DNA of 32,000 nt from Guillardia theta nucleomorph. Lineage: Eukaryota; Protista; Cryptophyta. Numbering within the stretch: the first letter of the stretch is position 1; each line of letters begins with the position of its first letter. The stretch spans positions 90,001 through 122,000 of the forward strand of contig AF165818.4 in the NCBI GenBank assembly GCA_000002975.1. Reading direction: 5' to 3'. This document shows positions 1-8,887 of the stretch, piece by piece. A program made the position numbers and the translations under genes. Under the pieces are notes generated by a model. That model was not told the DNA's origin, did not search any database, and saw only the letters and a list, made by a program, of their open reading frames with translations.

Positions 1-2
1 TG

Positions 3-1193
3 CTTTTCAGCCTTACAAATAATAAAAAGTTTTTTTTGATTAAATATATTGATTTCGCTTTGGTGATTTTTTCAGAAATTTTTTATAGTTCTCTAGAATT
101 TAAAATTTTTAGTTACTTGAACATTGAAATTAAACCAAGAGTTCAAAAAATATTTTACATAGGGTTGATTTTAAAAAAAATTTTAATTAATCAAATTTTA
201 AACCAAAAGTTATACAGATCAATAAGTTTAGATATTCTTAAATTAGTTTTTATAACAAAATTGATGTACTCTGATGATCTAAATGACTTTATAAATGATC
301 ATATAAATAAAAAAATATATTTCTTTGAAGATTTTCTGACTACTTATTTAATAGATAAATTTTTCAATCTAAATAACGTGATTCGAAATTTCATCACTGT
401 TAATAATTACATTGTCTATTATAATGAACTCTTTAAGTTAAAAAAAAAAAATTTAAGATATAAAAATATAATAATTAATATCGAACAAACATTGTTAAAA
501 AGGTTCGTATTCTCTGATGATTCTGATCAGTTATCTTATCTTAAGAAATTTTTTTCTTTAAATATAAAAAATTATTTGTTTAAAAAATCTATTCTTTTTA
601 TACAAATTAAAAATAGACTTAAAAATAAATTCATTAGTTCATTTAAAAATTTAAAAACACCAATATTTCTTAAACTCAAAAAGAAAAAAAAATTGTTTGG
701 TAATAAATTGATCGAATCTTTTTTTAGAATAAAAAATCAAATTAACAATTTTTCTATTGAATTTTTTTCTAAAGATATAATAGACGCTTTTTTGTTGAAC
801 AGCTATTTTAAGCAAACAAAAATCATTTCTATGCATAATTATTTACCAACTAAATTACAAAAAACTATTCAATATCTGTTAAATATTGTAAAATATTTAG
901 TTTTTATTCAATTCATCAGTTTAAAAAGAGATTTTCTTAAACTAAGTTACTATTTTCATGACAATTCATTTTTTAAAAAAAATCTAAAAGTAATTAATAT
1001 CTATAGAATAAATTTTTTCATAAAAAGAAATTCAAGCAAAATTAATACAAAAATCGGCTATTACTGTAATTTTTTTTTATTAGTTTTAAAAACTAGTTTT
1101 TCAGTAAAATTGGTAAAAAGTAGGTTTTTAAGAGATAATAAAAATGAAAATTCCAGACTTAATTTGATATTTAAGAGAAATTACTTAACGTAA
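3..1193 (+). CDS. 5'-truncated hypothetical protein, possibly a very divergent gamma-tubulin complex component (Spc97/Spc98 family)
   Basis: The frame is open from position 3 (LFSLTNNKKFF, then the TTG at 36), so the gene starts outside the window. The protein is F/I/K/N-rich with only weak GRIP2-like spacing. Its stop overlaps the next gene by 13 nt. Confidence 0.6.
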   Translation, partial: LFSLTNNKKFFLIKYIDFALVIFSEIFYSSLEFKIFSYLNIEIKPRVQKIFYIGLILKKILINQILNQKLYRSISLDILKLVFITKLMYSDDLNDFINDHINKKIYFFEDFLTTYLIDKFFNLNNVIRNFITVNNYIVYYNELFKLKKKNLRYKNIIINIEQTLLKRFVFSDDSDQLSYLKKFFSLNIKNYLFKKSILFIQIKNRLKNKFISSFKNLKTPIFLKLKKKKKLFGNKLIESFFRIKNQINNFSIEFFSKDIIDAFLLNSYFKQTKIISMHNYLPTKLQKTIQYLLNIVKYLVFIQFISLKRDFLKLSYYFHDNSFFKKNLKVINIYRINFFIKRNSSKINTKIGYYCNFFLLVLKTSFSVKLVKSRFLRDNKNENSRLNLIFKRNYLT

Positions 1194-3001
1194 TCTGTAA
1201 CTAAATTTTTTAAACTAATTTTAGAATTTCGATTTATAAATAGTCCTTTATTTGAAGTAAATGGTTGACAGTAGAATATTCTATCATCTTTAGACTGAAC
1301 AGTGGCTTTTTTTATGATCCAAGAAATATCAGCACCAGTGAAATTAATTCTTAAAAAAAAATAAGATATCAGTTTTGAATTAATTCCTGGTAAAACTTCT
1401 ACTTTTCTTATTGTTGTCTTAAAAATTGATATTTTTTCACGGTATGATGGGTAATTAACATTTAAAACATGATCAAATCTACCTGGTCTAAGAAAAGCTT
1501 TGTCAATAATATCTAATCTGTTAGTTGCTGCAATCAAAAAAATTTTACTTTTTCTATTGAAATTATCTATTTCAGATAAAAGTTGGTTGACAATTCTTTC
1601 TCCTGAATTGGAATCACCATGAAAAGAATCCCTTTTTAAAGCCAGTGAATCAAATTCATCGAAAAATATTATCGTTGGTGAATTTTCTTTTGCATTTAAG
1701 AATATTTTTCTAATTGCTTTTTCTGATTCTCCAAGAAATTTATCAAGTATTTCTGGGCCTTTGATGTATGAGAAATTAGCTCCCGATTCCTTTGCAGCTG
1801 CTTTTGCTATCATAGTTTTACCACATCCAGGTGGACCGTTTATTAAAATTCCATTTCCTTGTCCAAAATTACTTCCTATATGATTATTATATAAAATCGG
1901 TTCTATAATAAATTTACTTATAACTTTTTTTGTATTTTCTAACCCGCCAATTTCAGACCAGGTAACATCTGAAAAATTATGTGTAGTTATTTTATCAAAA
2001 TTATAATTAAAAAAATCAAAAGCATAATCAATATCCATTGGTCTCAACTCCTTGAGAATAGGAATAATATCTTTTCTCGGTTTCCTATAGAAACCTCCGA
2101 GTACTCTTTTTGTTTTTCTATAGTATGAATGTTCAGAGGCTTTTATGAATACATTTATAATATCTTTGCACACAAGTCCATTAGTTCTACGTGTTAAAAA
2201 AAATATATCGTCATCTCCATTTAAAAAAAATTTTTTTGAATAATTTCTAATCATTTGAAATCTTATATCAACTGAAGGTATTTTAAATTCAATTTCGTTA
2301 AATGAAAAGTCGAATTTTTTTAGCATAGTTTTAATATTTTTTGAGTTCTCTAAAATAATAAATAGCAAATGATTGTCCAAAAAATTTTCTTTCAAGAACA
2401 TAAGTGATGATAGCAGATTTTGATACTTTTTATTTGGTGAATTAAAATTGTCTTCATCAAAGAAATGATCGATATTATCGATCAATAATAGACATTTTCT
2501 AAATTTAATGTATTTCTTGAATTCATATAAAATTTTTTTTGATTTTAGACTTGAAAATTCTTCTATTTTAACATCAATTAAATTAATGCCAATTTCTCCT
2601 GCTAGCGCATTCGTGAATAAAGTTTTACCAGTACCCGAAGGGCCTGAGAGTATAATCACATTTTTATGAGGAACTGAGGGGTTTTTATAATTATTTGTAT
2701 GATTGATGTAAAATTCTAAAATATCAGATATTTTTTTAAAATAATTTTCAATTCCAATAAAATCCACAAATCTAAATGATGGTAGTCTAGGCTCACTTAA
2801 AAAAAAATTTTTTGAATAATTAAAATTAAAATTTAAAAAGTCTTGTTTTGGATTTTCAATTCTTGAAAAACAATTATTCTCCTTAGAAAAGTTATTGTAT
2901 TTATGATCAATAGTTTTCTTATTATATCTAATAACTTTTTTAGAAATTCCTAATACAAATTCGTAATAATCTATATGAATACATGTTTTAAGCAAATTCA
3001 T
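1181..3001 (-). CDS. CDC48-family double AAA+ ATPase, most like Rix7/NVL (60S biogenesis)
   Basis: D1 Walker A GPSGTGKT. D2 has DVTWSEIGGL, GPPGCGKT, IKGPEILDKFLGESE, IFFDEFD, RIVNQLLSEID and AATNR...LRPGRFD. It lacks the p97 N-domain. Confidence 0.9.
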   Translation of the reverse strand: MNLLKTCIHIDYYEFVLGISKKVIRYNKKTIDHKYNNFSKENNCFSRIENPKQDFLNFNFNYSKNFFLSEPRLPSFRFVDFIGIENYFKKISDILEFYINHTNNYKNPSVPHKNVIILSGPSGTGKTLFTNALAGEIGINLIDVKIEEFSSLKSKKILYEFKKYIKFRKCLLLIDNIDHFFDEDNFNSPNKKYQNLLSSLMFLKENFLDNHLLFIILENSKNIKTMLKKFDFSFNEIEFKIPSVDIRFQMIRNYSKKFFLNGDDDIFFLTRRTNGLVCKDIINVFIKASEHSYYRKTKRVLGGFYRKPRKDIIPILKELRPMDIDYAFDFFNYNFDKITTHNFSDVTWSEIGGLENTKKVISKFIIEPILYNNHIGSNFGQGNGILINGPPGCGKTMIAKAAAKESGANFSYIKGPEILDKFLGESEKAIRKIFLNAKENSPTIIFFDEFDSLALKRDSFHGDSNSGERIVNQLLSEIDNFNRKSKIFLIAATNRLDIIDKAFLRPGRFDHVLNVNYPSYREKISIFKTTIRKVEVLPGINSKLISYFFLRINFTGADISWIIKKATVQSKDDRIFYCQPFTSNKGLFINRNSKISLKNLVTDYVK

Positions 3002-3054
3002 AGTAAAAATTTCTTTTTTAAATTTATTAATAATCTATTACTTATATTATAATA

Positions 3055-3675
3055 ATGTCTAGCGTTAAAATGCATAAAACAATAGCTTCAAAACTTTTAA
3101 ACTGTGGTAAAAGAAAAATATGGATAGATCCAAATGAAACCAAAAATATTTTATTTACGGATAGCAGTAAGTATTATAATTATAATTTTTTTATTACTGG
3201 TTATTAATCTCTAGGAAATAGTATTAGAAAACTGATTCGAGATGGTTTTATTCTTAAAAAAAAAGATAAAAATCATTCTAGAAATAGAATTAGAAGTAGA
3301 AAAGAAGAGATAAAATTAGGAAGACACGAAGGTTTAGGTAAAAGAAAAGGTTCTAAAAATTCAAGATATTCAATTAAATTAATATGGATCATAAGAATTA
3401 GAGTAATGAGAAACTTGTTGAAAAGATTAAGGAATTCCTCAAAACTAAACAGACATTTATATAGGAGTTTATACTTAAAATCTAAAGGTAATGTATTTAA
3501 AAATAAAAAAATTCTCACAGAATTTATTCACAAAGCTAAAAATGAACAAAAAAGAAAAGAAGAGTTTTTAGATAAGTTTAAATTGATGAGAGAGAAAAAA
3601 AAGATAAATATAGAAAAAAAAAAATCAAATTTCAATTCTAGGATGAGTGAAATCGTTTCAGATATATTAGTTTAA
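3055..3675 (+). CDS. rpl19: 60S ribosomal protein L19 (eL19), join(3055..3166,3215..3675), 190 aa
   Basis: Exon 1 [28 protein letters not shown]...TDS joins [11 protein letters not shown]...[11 protein letters not shown]...[13 protein letters not shown] after removal of a 48-nt intron. Confidence 0.97.
3167..3214 (+). other. Spliceosomal intron in rpl19 (48 nt, phase 1)
   Basis: GTAAGTAT...TTAATCTCTAG. It contains an in-frame TAA, and removal restores the conserved S-R-x-x-IRKL motif. Confidence 0.95.
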
Positions 3676-3715
3676 TATAAATTATTTTTATATAAATTAT
3701 TTTAAAAATATTTTT

Positions 3716-3940
3716 ATGCTTGATATATATTTAAATGTAGAGATTAGCAATTTTATTCAGAAAAAAGTGAATGTTATATTGATTAATCAAATCAATCTAA
3801 AAGGTACACTGGTTGGTTTTGACAATTTTTCCAATATCGTTATTAAAAAAAATCAAGTAAAACAAGAAAATTGTTTTATAAATGAAATAGTGTTAATTAG
3901 AGGAGATAGCCTTGTTTCGATTGAAATTGAGGAAAGTTGA
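3716..3940 (+). CDS. Sm/LSm protein, most like SmG
   Basis: Sm1 motif EISNFIQKKV...GTLVGFDNFSNIVI and Sm2 motif VLIRGDSLVSIE. LSm7/8 cannot be excluded. Confidence 0.85.
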   Translation: MLDIYLNVEISNFIQKKVNVILINQINLKGTLVGFDNFSNIVIKKNQVKQENCFINEIVLIRGDSLVSIEIEES

Positions 3941-3951
3941 TTATTTTAAAT

Positions 3952-4458
3952 TTACAACATTATTTTTGATGTAAAATTTTTAGTTTTACTAGAGCCCATT
4001 ATATTCTCAATTAAAAATTTCATATTTAAAAGATATCTGATTCGCATCAATTTAGAATGTTTGGTACGTAATAAAAAAAAAAGATCATTTATTGAAGGCC
4101 TTTTACTACTTCTCCAATATGATATATAAGATATTAAAGATACAATCTTTAATACGTATCTCACAACACTTTTTTCCATAATAGAAATTAATTTTTTTAT
4201 TGGAAACTGATTATCTCCAAATCCAAAAACAACCTCGGTAATTTCGTTGTATAAATTTTTTTTTTTCATAATTCTATTAATCAAAATTTTTTGCATAAAA
4301 TTAAATCTAGAAAAATATTTGAATTTTGCTATCTTTATTGAATCAATTAATTCAAAATTTTTCAATTTAAAATTTAGCATGCTAAGATATTTTGTCACAC
4401 GATTTATCTTTCTTTTGTTTATTTTAAAATACATACAGCTAGATGTGATTATAAACAT
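3952..4458 (-). CDS. TAF13: TFIID subunit TAF13 (histone fold)
   Basis: EITEVVFGFGDNQFP and DLFFLLRTKHSKLMRIRYLLNM match TAF13 MYGFGD..P and DIVFLIRKDPRKFARVKDLL.M. The true start may be a downstream Met. Confidence 0.85.
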   Translation of the reverse strand: MFIITSSCMYFKINKRKINRVTKYLSMLNFKLKNFELIDSIKIAKFKYFSRFNFMQKILINRIMKKKNLYNEITEVVFGFGDNQFPIKKLISIMEKSVVRYVLKIVSLISYISYWRSSKRPSINDLFFLLRTKHSKLMRIRYLLNMKFLIENIMGSSKTKNFTSKIML

Positions 4459-4568
4459 GAATTTAAATTAAAACATTTAAAGAAATTTTATTCAGTATTT
4501 TAAATAGATTAAAGAAAAAAGTACAATTTATAATAAATATAAATTTTATATAATAAAATTTCTTTGAA

Positions 4569-5030
4569 TTAATAATAAACAATCCTAGGTTTATCTTTTA
4601 AAATGTGATATTTAATTAAATTCTGTTTAATTTTTATATTTTTTTTTGAATTTATCATAATTGACGAATAAAAATCTGAAAATACGTAAAAACCGATTTG
4701 GAAAAATTTAGTTTTAAAATTTTTAATAAACATAAAAATTAATCCACTTACACTTGAAATCTCATCATAATTTAACATATAAATATATGGAAATCTAATT
4801 TCTACTGAAAATTTGAATTTTCCAACTGTTTTGTTTGAAAGTTCTAGGAATTCTAATTCGCAATCTCTATTTTTTTCACTTGGAGACCTAACGTATATAA
4901 TTTTTAAGCTTATTATATCTAATTTAACAATTTTAGATTCAAAAAATATATCAATAACTTTGATAAAAGAAAAATCAACGTGATCTCTAATTGTCATTTT
5001 ATTTACTTTAAAATTTTTTTTAATATTCAT
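4569..5030 (-). CDS. ASF1: Histone H3/H4 chaperone ASF1-like
   Basis: IDIFFES, KIIYVRS...RDCELE, VGKFKF, FFQIGFYV and ILKDKPRI are collinear with ASF1 FEITFEC, KLTYVGS...DQELD, VGVNKF, FVRVGYYV and ILAEKPRV. Confidence 0.8.
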   Translation of the reverse strand: MNIKKNFKVNKMTIRDHVDFSFIKVIDIFFESKIVKLDIISLKIIYVRSPSEKNRDCELEFLELSNKTVGKFKFSVEIRFPYIYMLNYDEISSVSGLIFMFIKNFKTKFFQIGFYVFSDFYSSIMINSKKNIKIKQNLIKYHILKDKPRIVYY

Positions 5031-5072
5031 TAAAAAAGTTTTACTTATATTTTATTGAAATAATAAATATAC

Positions 5073-6317
5073 TTATATTTTATTTCTACAATACTTATTA
5101 TAATAATTGTTTGACCATGGATTTACAACTTCAGAGTAAAAATCCATTGGATATTTTTTTTTGTTTTTATAAAAAATTTTGGTCATATTTAATATTTCAT
5201 AAACAGTTAACATAGGATTTACAAAAAACAAACCCCAATCAATACTCAATCTTGGGCATGAATTTTGAACCCAAATATCAATACCGCTTAGTTCAAGTAA
5301 ACTAATTGTAAAAAAGTCAATCACTGAAAAAACAAATTTTACTATCCCACGATAGAATTTCTTGATCCAGAATTCTATTTTACGATATATGAAAGAGGCA
5401 CCTTGTCTACCCATTGAACCTTTGATAAATCCCATAATTTTGGAATTAGATAAAATTTTATAAGCTTCCTTTTCTCGATAAAATATAATTTCAGAAAGTT
5501 TCAGATCAAAGTTTATAAATTGTCTTGTAATTGGATTGTATTGCATAATTTTTGAACCGGGGTTAGATAATACCAATCCTTCGGGGTGAAATCTACCATC
5601 ACCTAAATAAATAAAATTTTTTATAAAAGTACCAGAATGCGTAGTACATCCTAATATTTCTCCCTGAGATAATGGAGATATTTTTGAAAACTTAAAATCA
5701 TTATTGAGAAAAGATAAATTTTTGAAGAGATTAAATGCTTTTGTTCTATATTGAATTGTTTCTACAATATTGATTGTATACTTAATTCCAATGTTTTTTA
5801 TAATTTTTTCACAAAAAAATCTATCATCAAAATTTATCTCAATAAATACATAAATTACAGGAACCAAACATCGTTTTATTTTTATTAAACAACTATGTCC
5901 AAAATGTATAATAATACATATTCCTAATAACTTTGACTCTTCATCATCAATATTACAAGCACCATATGTAATAATTTTGGATATAAATACTTTTTTTAGT
6001 TCTTGAGAACTTGAAAACAAAAACGAGAAAAGAGCTGGGAGAAACTCTAATAAACCTTGAGGCAATTGCAATAGTACTTTTTTAGGTTTAAAATTATTAA
6101 ATTGATTGATTATTTTTTCATTTTCAAAATTATAATTTAATGGAAAATATCTATTTATTTCATAGCTTTTTTTTTTTAACAAAGAACAATTAAATTTTAA
6201 ATATAAATTATTATTAGAAATTTTTTTATTATTCAGAATTAGTTCATAATTAAAATTTTTATAAATAACTAAAAGATCGGTAATGTTAGATTTTAACCAA
6301 TCCATAATTTTCTTCAT
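5073..6317 (-). CDS. DPH1: Diphthamide biosynthesis protein DPH1
   Basis: YGACNIDD, HFGHSCL, GEILGCT, YLGDGRFH, CPRLSIDWG and YPMDFY are present, and the three Fe-S cysteines are retained. Confidence 0.93.
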   Translation of the reverse strand: MKKIMDWLKSNITDLLVIYKNFNYELILNNKKISNNNLYLKFNCSLLKKKSYEINRYFPLNYNFENEKIINQFNNFKPKKVLLQLPQGLLEFLPALFSFLFSSSQELKKVFISKIITYGACNIDDEESKLLGICIIIHFGHSCLIKIKRCLVPVIYVFIEINFDDRFFCEKIIKNIGIKYTINIVETIQYRTKAFNLFKNLSFLNNDFKFSKISPLSQGEILGCTTHSGTFIKNFIYLGDGRFHPEGLVLSNPGSKIMQYNPITRQFINFDLKLSEIIFYREKEAYKILSNSKIMGFIKGSMGRQGASFIYRKIEFWIKKFYRGIVKFVFSVIDFFTISLLELSGIDIWVQNSCPRLSIDWGLFFVNPMLTVYEILNMTKIFYKNKKKYPMDFYSEVVNPWSNNYYNKYCRNKI

Positions 6318-6359
6318 ATATTCTAAAAAATATAATGAAATTTAAGAATACACTTAGAA

Positions 6360-8372
6360 TTATAGAAAGTACAGCTGTTTTTTATTTGTATCAATAATCC
6401 AAACAAAAATCTTTTCATAGAATTGCAAGCACGATAGGTAATTTTCGAATCTATAACCTTTATTTAGTATGAAAAACTCTAAACTTTTTAGATCAATTTT
6501 TTTTATTTTATTCTTTTGACAATAATTTTTGATTTGATTAAAAATCTCAAATCTGAAATCACTGTTGTTGCTTAATAATTGGATAGATTTCTTAGAACTA
6601 TAACCAAAATTAACAAAAATTTCAAAGGCCTCAATAATATTTTCTTCACTAATTATTTTTTTTAAACTCAATTTAGATAATGAAATCGAAATTCTTACAA
6701 TTAAGAAAATGAAATTATTTTTTAATTTTAAAAATTTTTCAAACTTTGTTTTAATAACCGAATAATAGTAAAATATCAAGTCAATACCAATAACACTAAA
6801 TTTCGGCTCGATAAATGTACATTCTCTTATAACGAGTTTTGACACATAAGTTTTATATGATAGAAAATTTTCAGAAATTTTATTGATAGTTTTTATTTTA
6901 TTTAATAAATTTAGTCCATAATTTAGAGCTGAGTGATAGCTTTCTTCACAATCCAGTTGATAAATTAAATCAGGTGAATTAAAATGAAAAATATCATTGT
7001 AAATTTCATTCAAGCTTTTAAAAATATTTTTTTTTGATGTCAAAAAAATCGAAAAATCGTTTGAATATAAAACTTTAAAAATACTGTTCATTATATTGCA
7101 AGTTTTATAATTTTTTAACACTGATAAATCATTGAAAAAATTATCTATAAGTAAAGTTTGCACTTGTCTATTTTTAATGTCTTTAATAAATTCAATATAA
7201 TTTTCTTTAACATACAAGAGTGATTCAAAATCAATTTTCAGATTATGCTCACATAATTGAGATAACGAATTTAAATAAGTAGTTTTTCCTGTTTTTGAGT
7301 TTCCAAAAACAAATAAAATGATTCCGGGTGTAAAATTTTTTTTAGTGGTATTTATAAAATTAACAAGATTTACCAATGATATATATTTGAGATAATCATG
7401 GCCTTTAAAATATATAGAAAATGTTTCCATAAGAAAACTTTTTATCCCGAATTTTTTTATTTTTCTTATTATCCTAGCATTTATCTTATAACGCGTGGTA
7501 GTTAGAGTATTTATTTGATTAGATATCGAAACACTACTGATTTTAAGTCTAATTTCTGAATAAAAATCTTTAATGTAAGAATCAAACAATTCGGGTAATA
7601 AAATCCCGAAAACAATAAGTTTATTTCCTAAAGAAATTTTATTTAAAGAATCATGATAAAGCGGAATCTTAATATCAAAATTATTAAATTGGTTTAAACT
7701 ATTAAATTTTAGTTTTATTATTTTAAATTTTTCAATGAAGCTTTCGTGCAAGTTAAATTTCATGGATTTTAATCTTTTGCCTAATTTACATCTTGTATTT
7801 GGACAAAAAAAATCGTTTAAATTAATAATAATATCTTTTTTATTATAAACAAAGAAATCACAAAATGAACATTCAAATTTGGCAGATTTAATTTCAAATA
7901 ATATTTCACTGATTTTAGTTACTATTCCTTTGATTTTGAGATATTTTCCGAATAATTTAGTAGATATTATTTTGAATTCATAAATAGGCATTTTTTTTGG
8001 AGGAATAATTATTAAATCTATAAAATTTTCATTTAAAATGTATTTGTAAAATTTATAAGATTTGATTTTTTCAGTTATTATACTTTTTGTATTATAATCA
8101 GTATCGAAATTTTCAAAAATATCTAAACAAATTTTAACTGCAAACTTTAATATTTTTTCAAAACTTAAACTATTCTTAAACGCAAATAATATAAATTTTT
8201 TTTTTACAAATTTAAGGTCATCCATGAAAAAAAAAAATTTTCTCGTATTATTTTTTTTTATAATCGACAACTGAAATGAATATTTTTTATTTTTATCAAA
8301 ATTTTTTGATTTATTATCTAATGATATATATAATATTAATTCTCTAACAAATAAATATTCAAAATTTTCCAT
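6360..8372 (-). CDS. MCM7: Divergent MCM helicase subunit, MCM7-like
   Basis: OB fold and Zn finger (GKYLKIKGIVTKIS...CSFC...CPNTRC), Walker A GNSKTGKT and lid IVRISISLSKL. The C-terminus KGY...CLQFYEKIFVWII resembles the MCM7 winged helix (RGF...LDEYEELNVWQV). Confidence 0.7.
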   Translation of the reverse strand: MENFEYLFVRELILYISLDNKSKNFDKNKKYSFQLSIIKKNNTRKFFFFMDDLKFVKKKFILFAFKNSLSFEKILKFAVKICLDIFENFDTDYNTKSIITEKIKSYKFYKYILNENFIDLIIIPPKKMPIYEFKIISTKLFGKYLKIKGIVTKISEILFEIKSAKFECSFCDFFVYNKKDIIINLNDFFCPNTRCKLGKRLKSMKFNLHESFIEKFKIIKLKFNSLNQFNNFDIKIPLYHDSLNKISLGNKLIVFGILLPELFDSYIKDFYSEIRLKISSVSISNQINTLTTTRYKINARIIRKIKKFGIKSFLMETFSIYFKGHDYLKYISLVNLVNFINTTKKNFTPGIILFVFGNSKTGKTTYLNSLSQLCEHNLKIDFESLLYVKENYIEFIKDIKNRQVQTLLIDNFFNDLSVLKNYKTCNIMNSIFKVLYSNDFSIFLTSKKNIFKSLNEIYNDIFHFNSPDLIYQLDCEESYHSALNYGLNLLNKIKTINKISENFLSYKTYVSKLVIRECTFIEPKFSVIGIDLIFYYYSVIKTKFEKFLKLKNNFIFLIVRISISLSKLSLKKIISEENIIEAFEIFVNFGYSSKKSIQLLSNNSDFRFEIFNQIKNYCQKNKIKKIDLKSLEFFILNKGYRFENYLSCLQFYEKIFVWIIDTNKKQLYFL

Positions 8373-8388
8373 TTTAAAAACAGGTGTC

Positions 8389-8772
8389 CTAAGATTTATC
8401 TATATAATAGTTGCCTTTTTTCACAGAAATAATTTTATTATTGTATTTCTTTTTAATTCTAGTTTTTAGATCTTTATCACATGTTGCTACTAAAAATGAT
8501 GAATTTATACTACAGTGATAAATTATGCAATTATCAGCATATTTTATTTCACACGGGTGAGAACACTTTAAAATTATCATTTTAGAACTTTTTATATATT
8601 TCAGTACAATCCTAAATTTAGGTCCTAAATTTTCTAGTTCAAGAATAACACAATTTGTTATACAGGGAATCACAAAAGAGCACAAACATTGTCTAAGTAC
8701 ATCAATTATATCTAGTCGTTTTTTGAGTGAAATATACAAAAAATTTGTATCTAAAATAATTATATTAGTCAT
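8389..8772 (-). CDS. FCF1: PIN-domain rRNA processing nuclease FCF1/UTP24, shortened N-terminus
   Basis: ILDTNF, PCITNCVILELENLG, YADNCI and VATCDKDLK. Confidence 0.88.
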   Translation of the reverse strand: MTNIIILDTNFLYISLKKRLDIIDVLRQCLCSFVIPCITNCVILELENLGPKFRIVLKYIKSSKMIILKCSHPCEIKYADNCIIYHCSINSSFLVATCDKDLKTRIKKKYNNKIISVKKGNYYIDKS

Positions 8773-8845
8773 GGTCTTATGGTCTAATGGTAATGACGTC
8801 TGACTTTGAATCAGAAGATTACGAGTTCAAATCTCGTTAAGACCT
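8773..8845 (+). tRNA. trnQ(UUG): tRNA-Gln (UUG)
   Basis: Acceptor stem GGTCTTA/TAAGACC, anticodon arm TCTGA-CT-TTG-AA-TCAGA (TTG at 8806-8808) and T arm ACGAG-TTCAAAT-CTCGT. No intron and no encoded CCA. Confidence 0.97.
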
Positions 8846-8887
8846 TAAAATTGATTAATAATTAGTTAACAAGTATGAAACAACATT

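Noticed and set aside
3273-3518. 81-aa minus-strand ORF, and 3406..3675 as a standalone gene
   Set aside because: These are the antisense shadow and an internal fragment of spliced rpl19.
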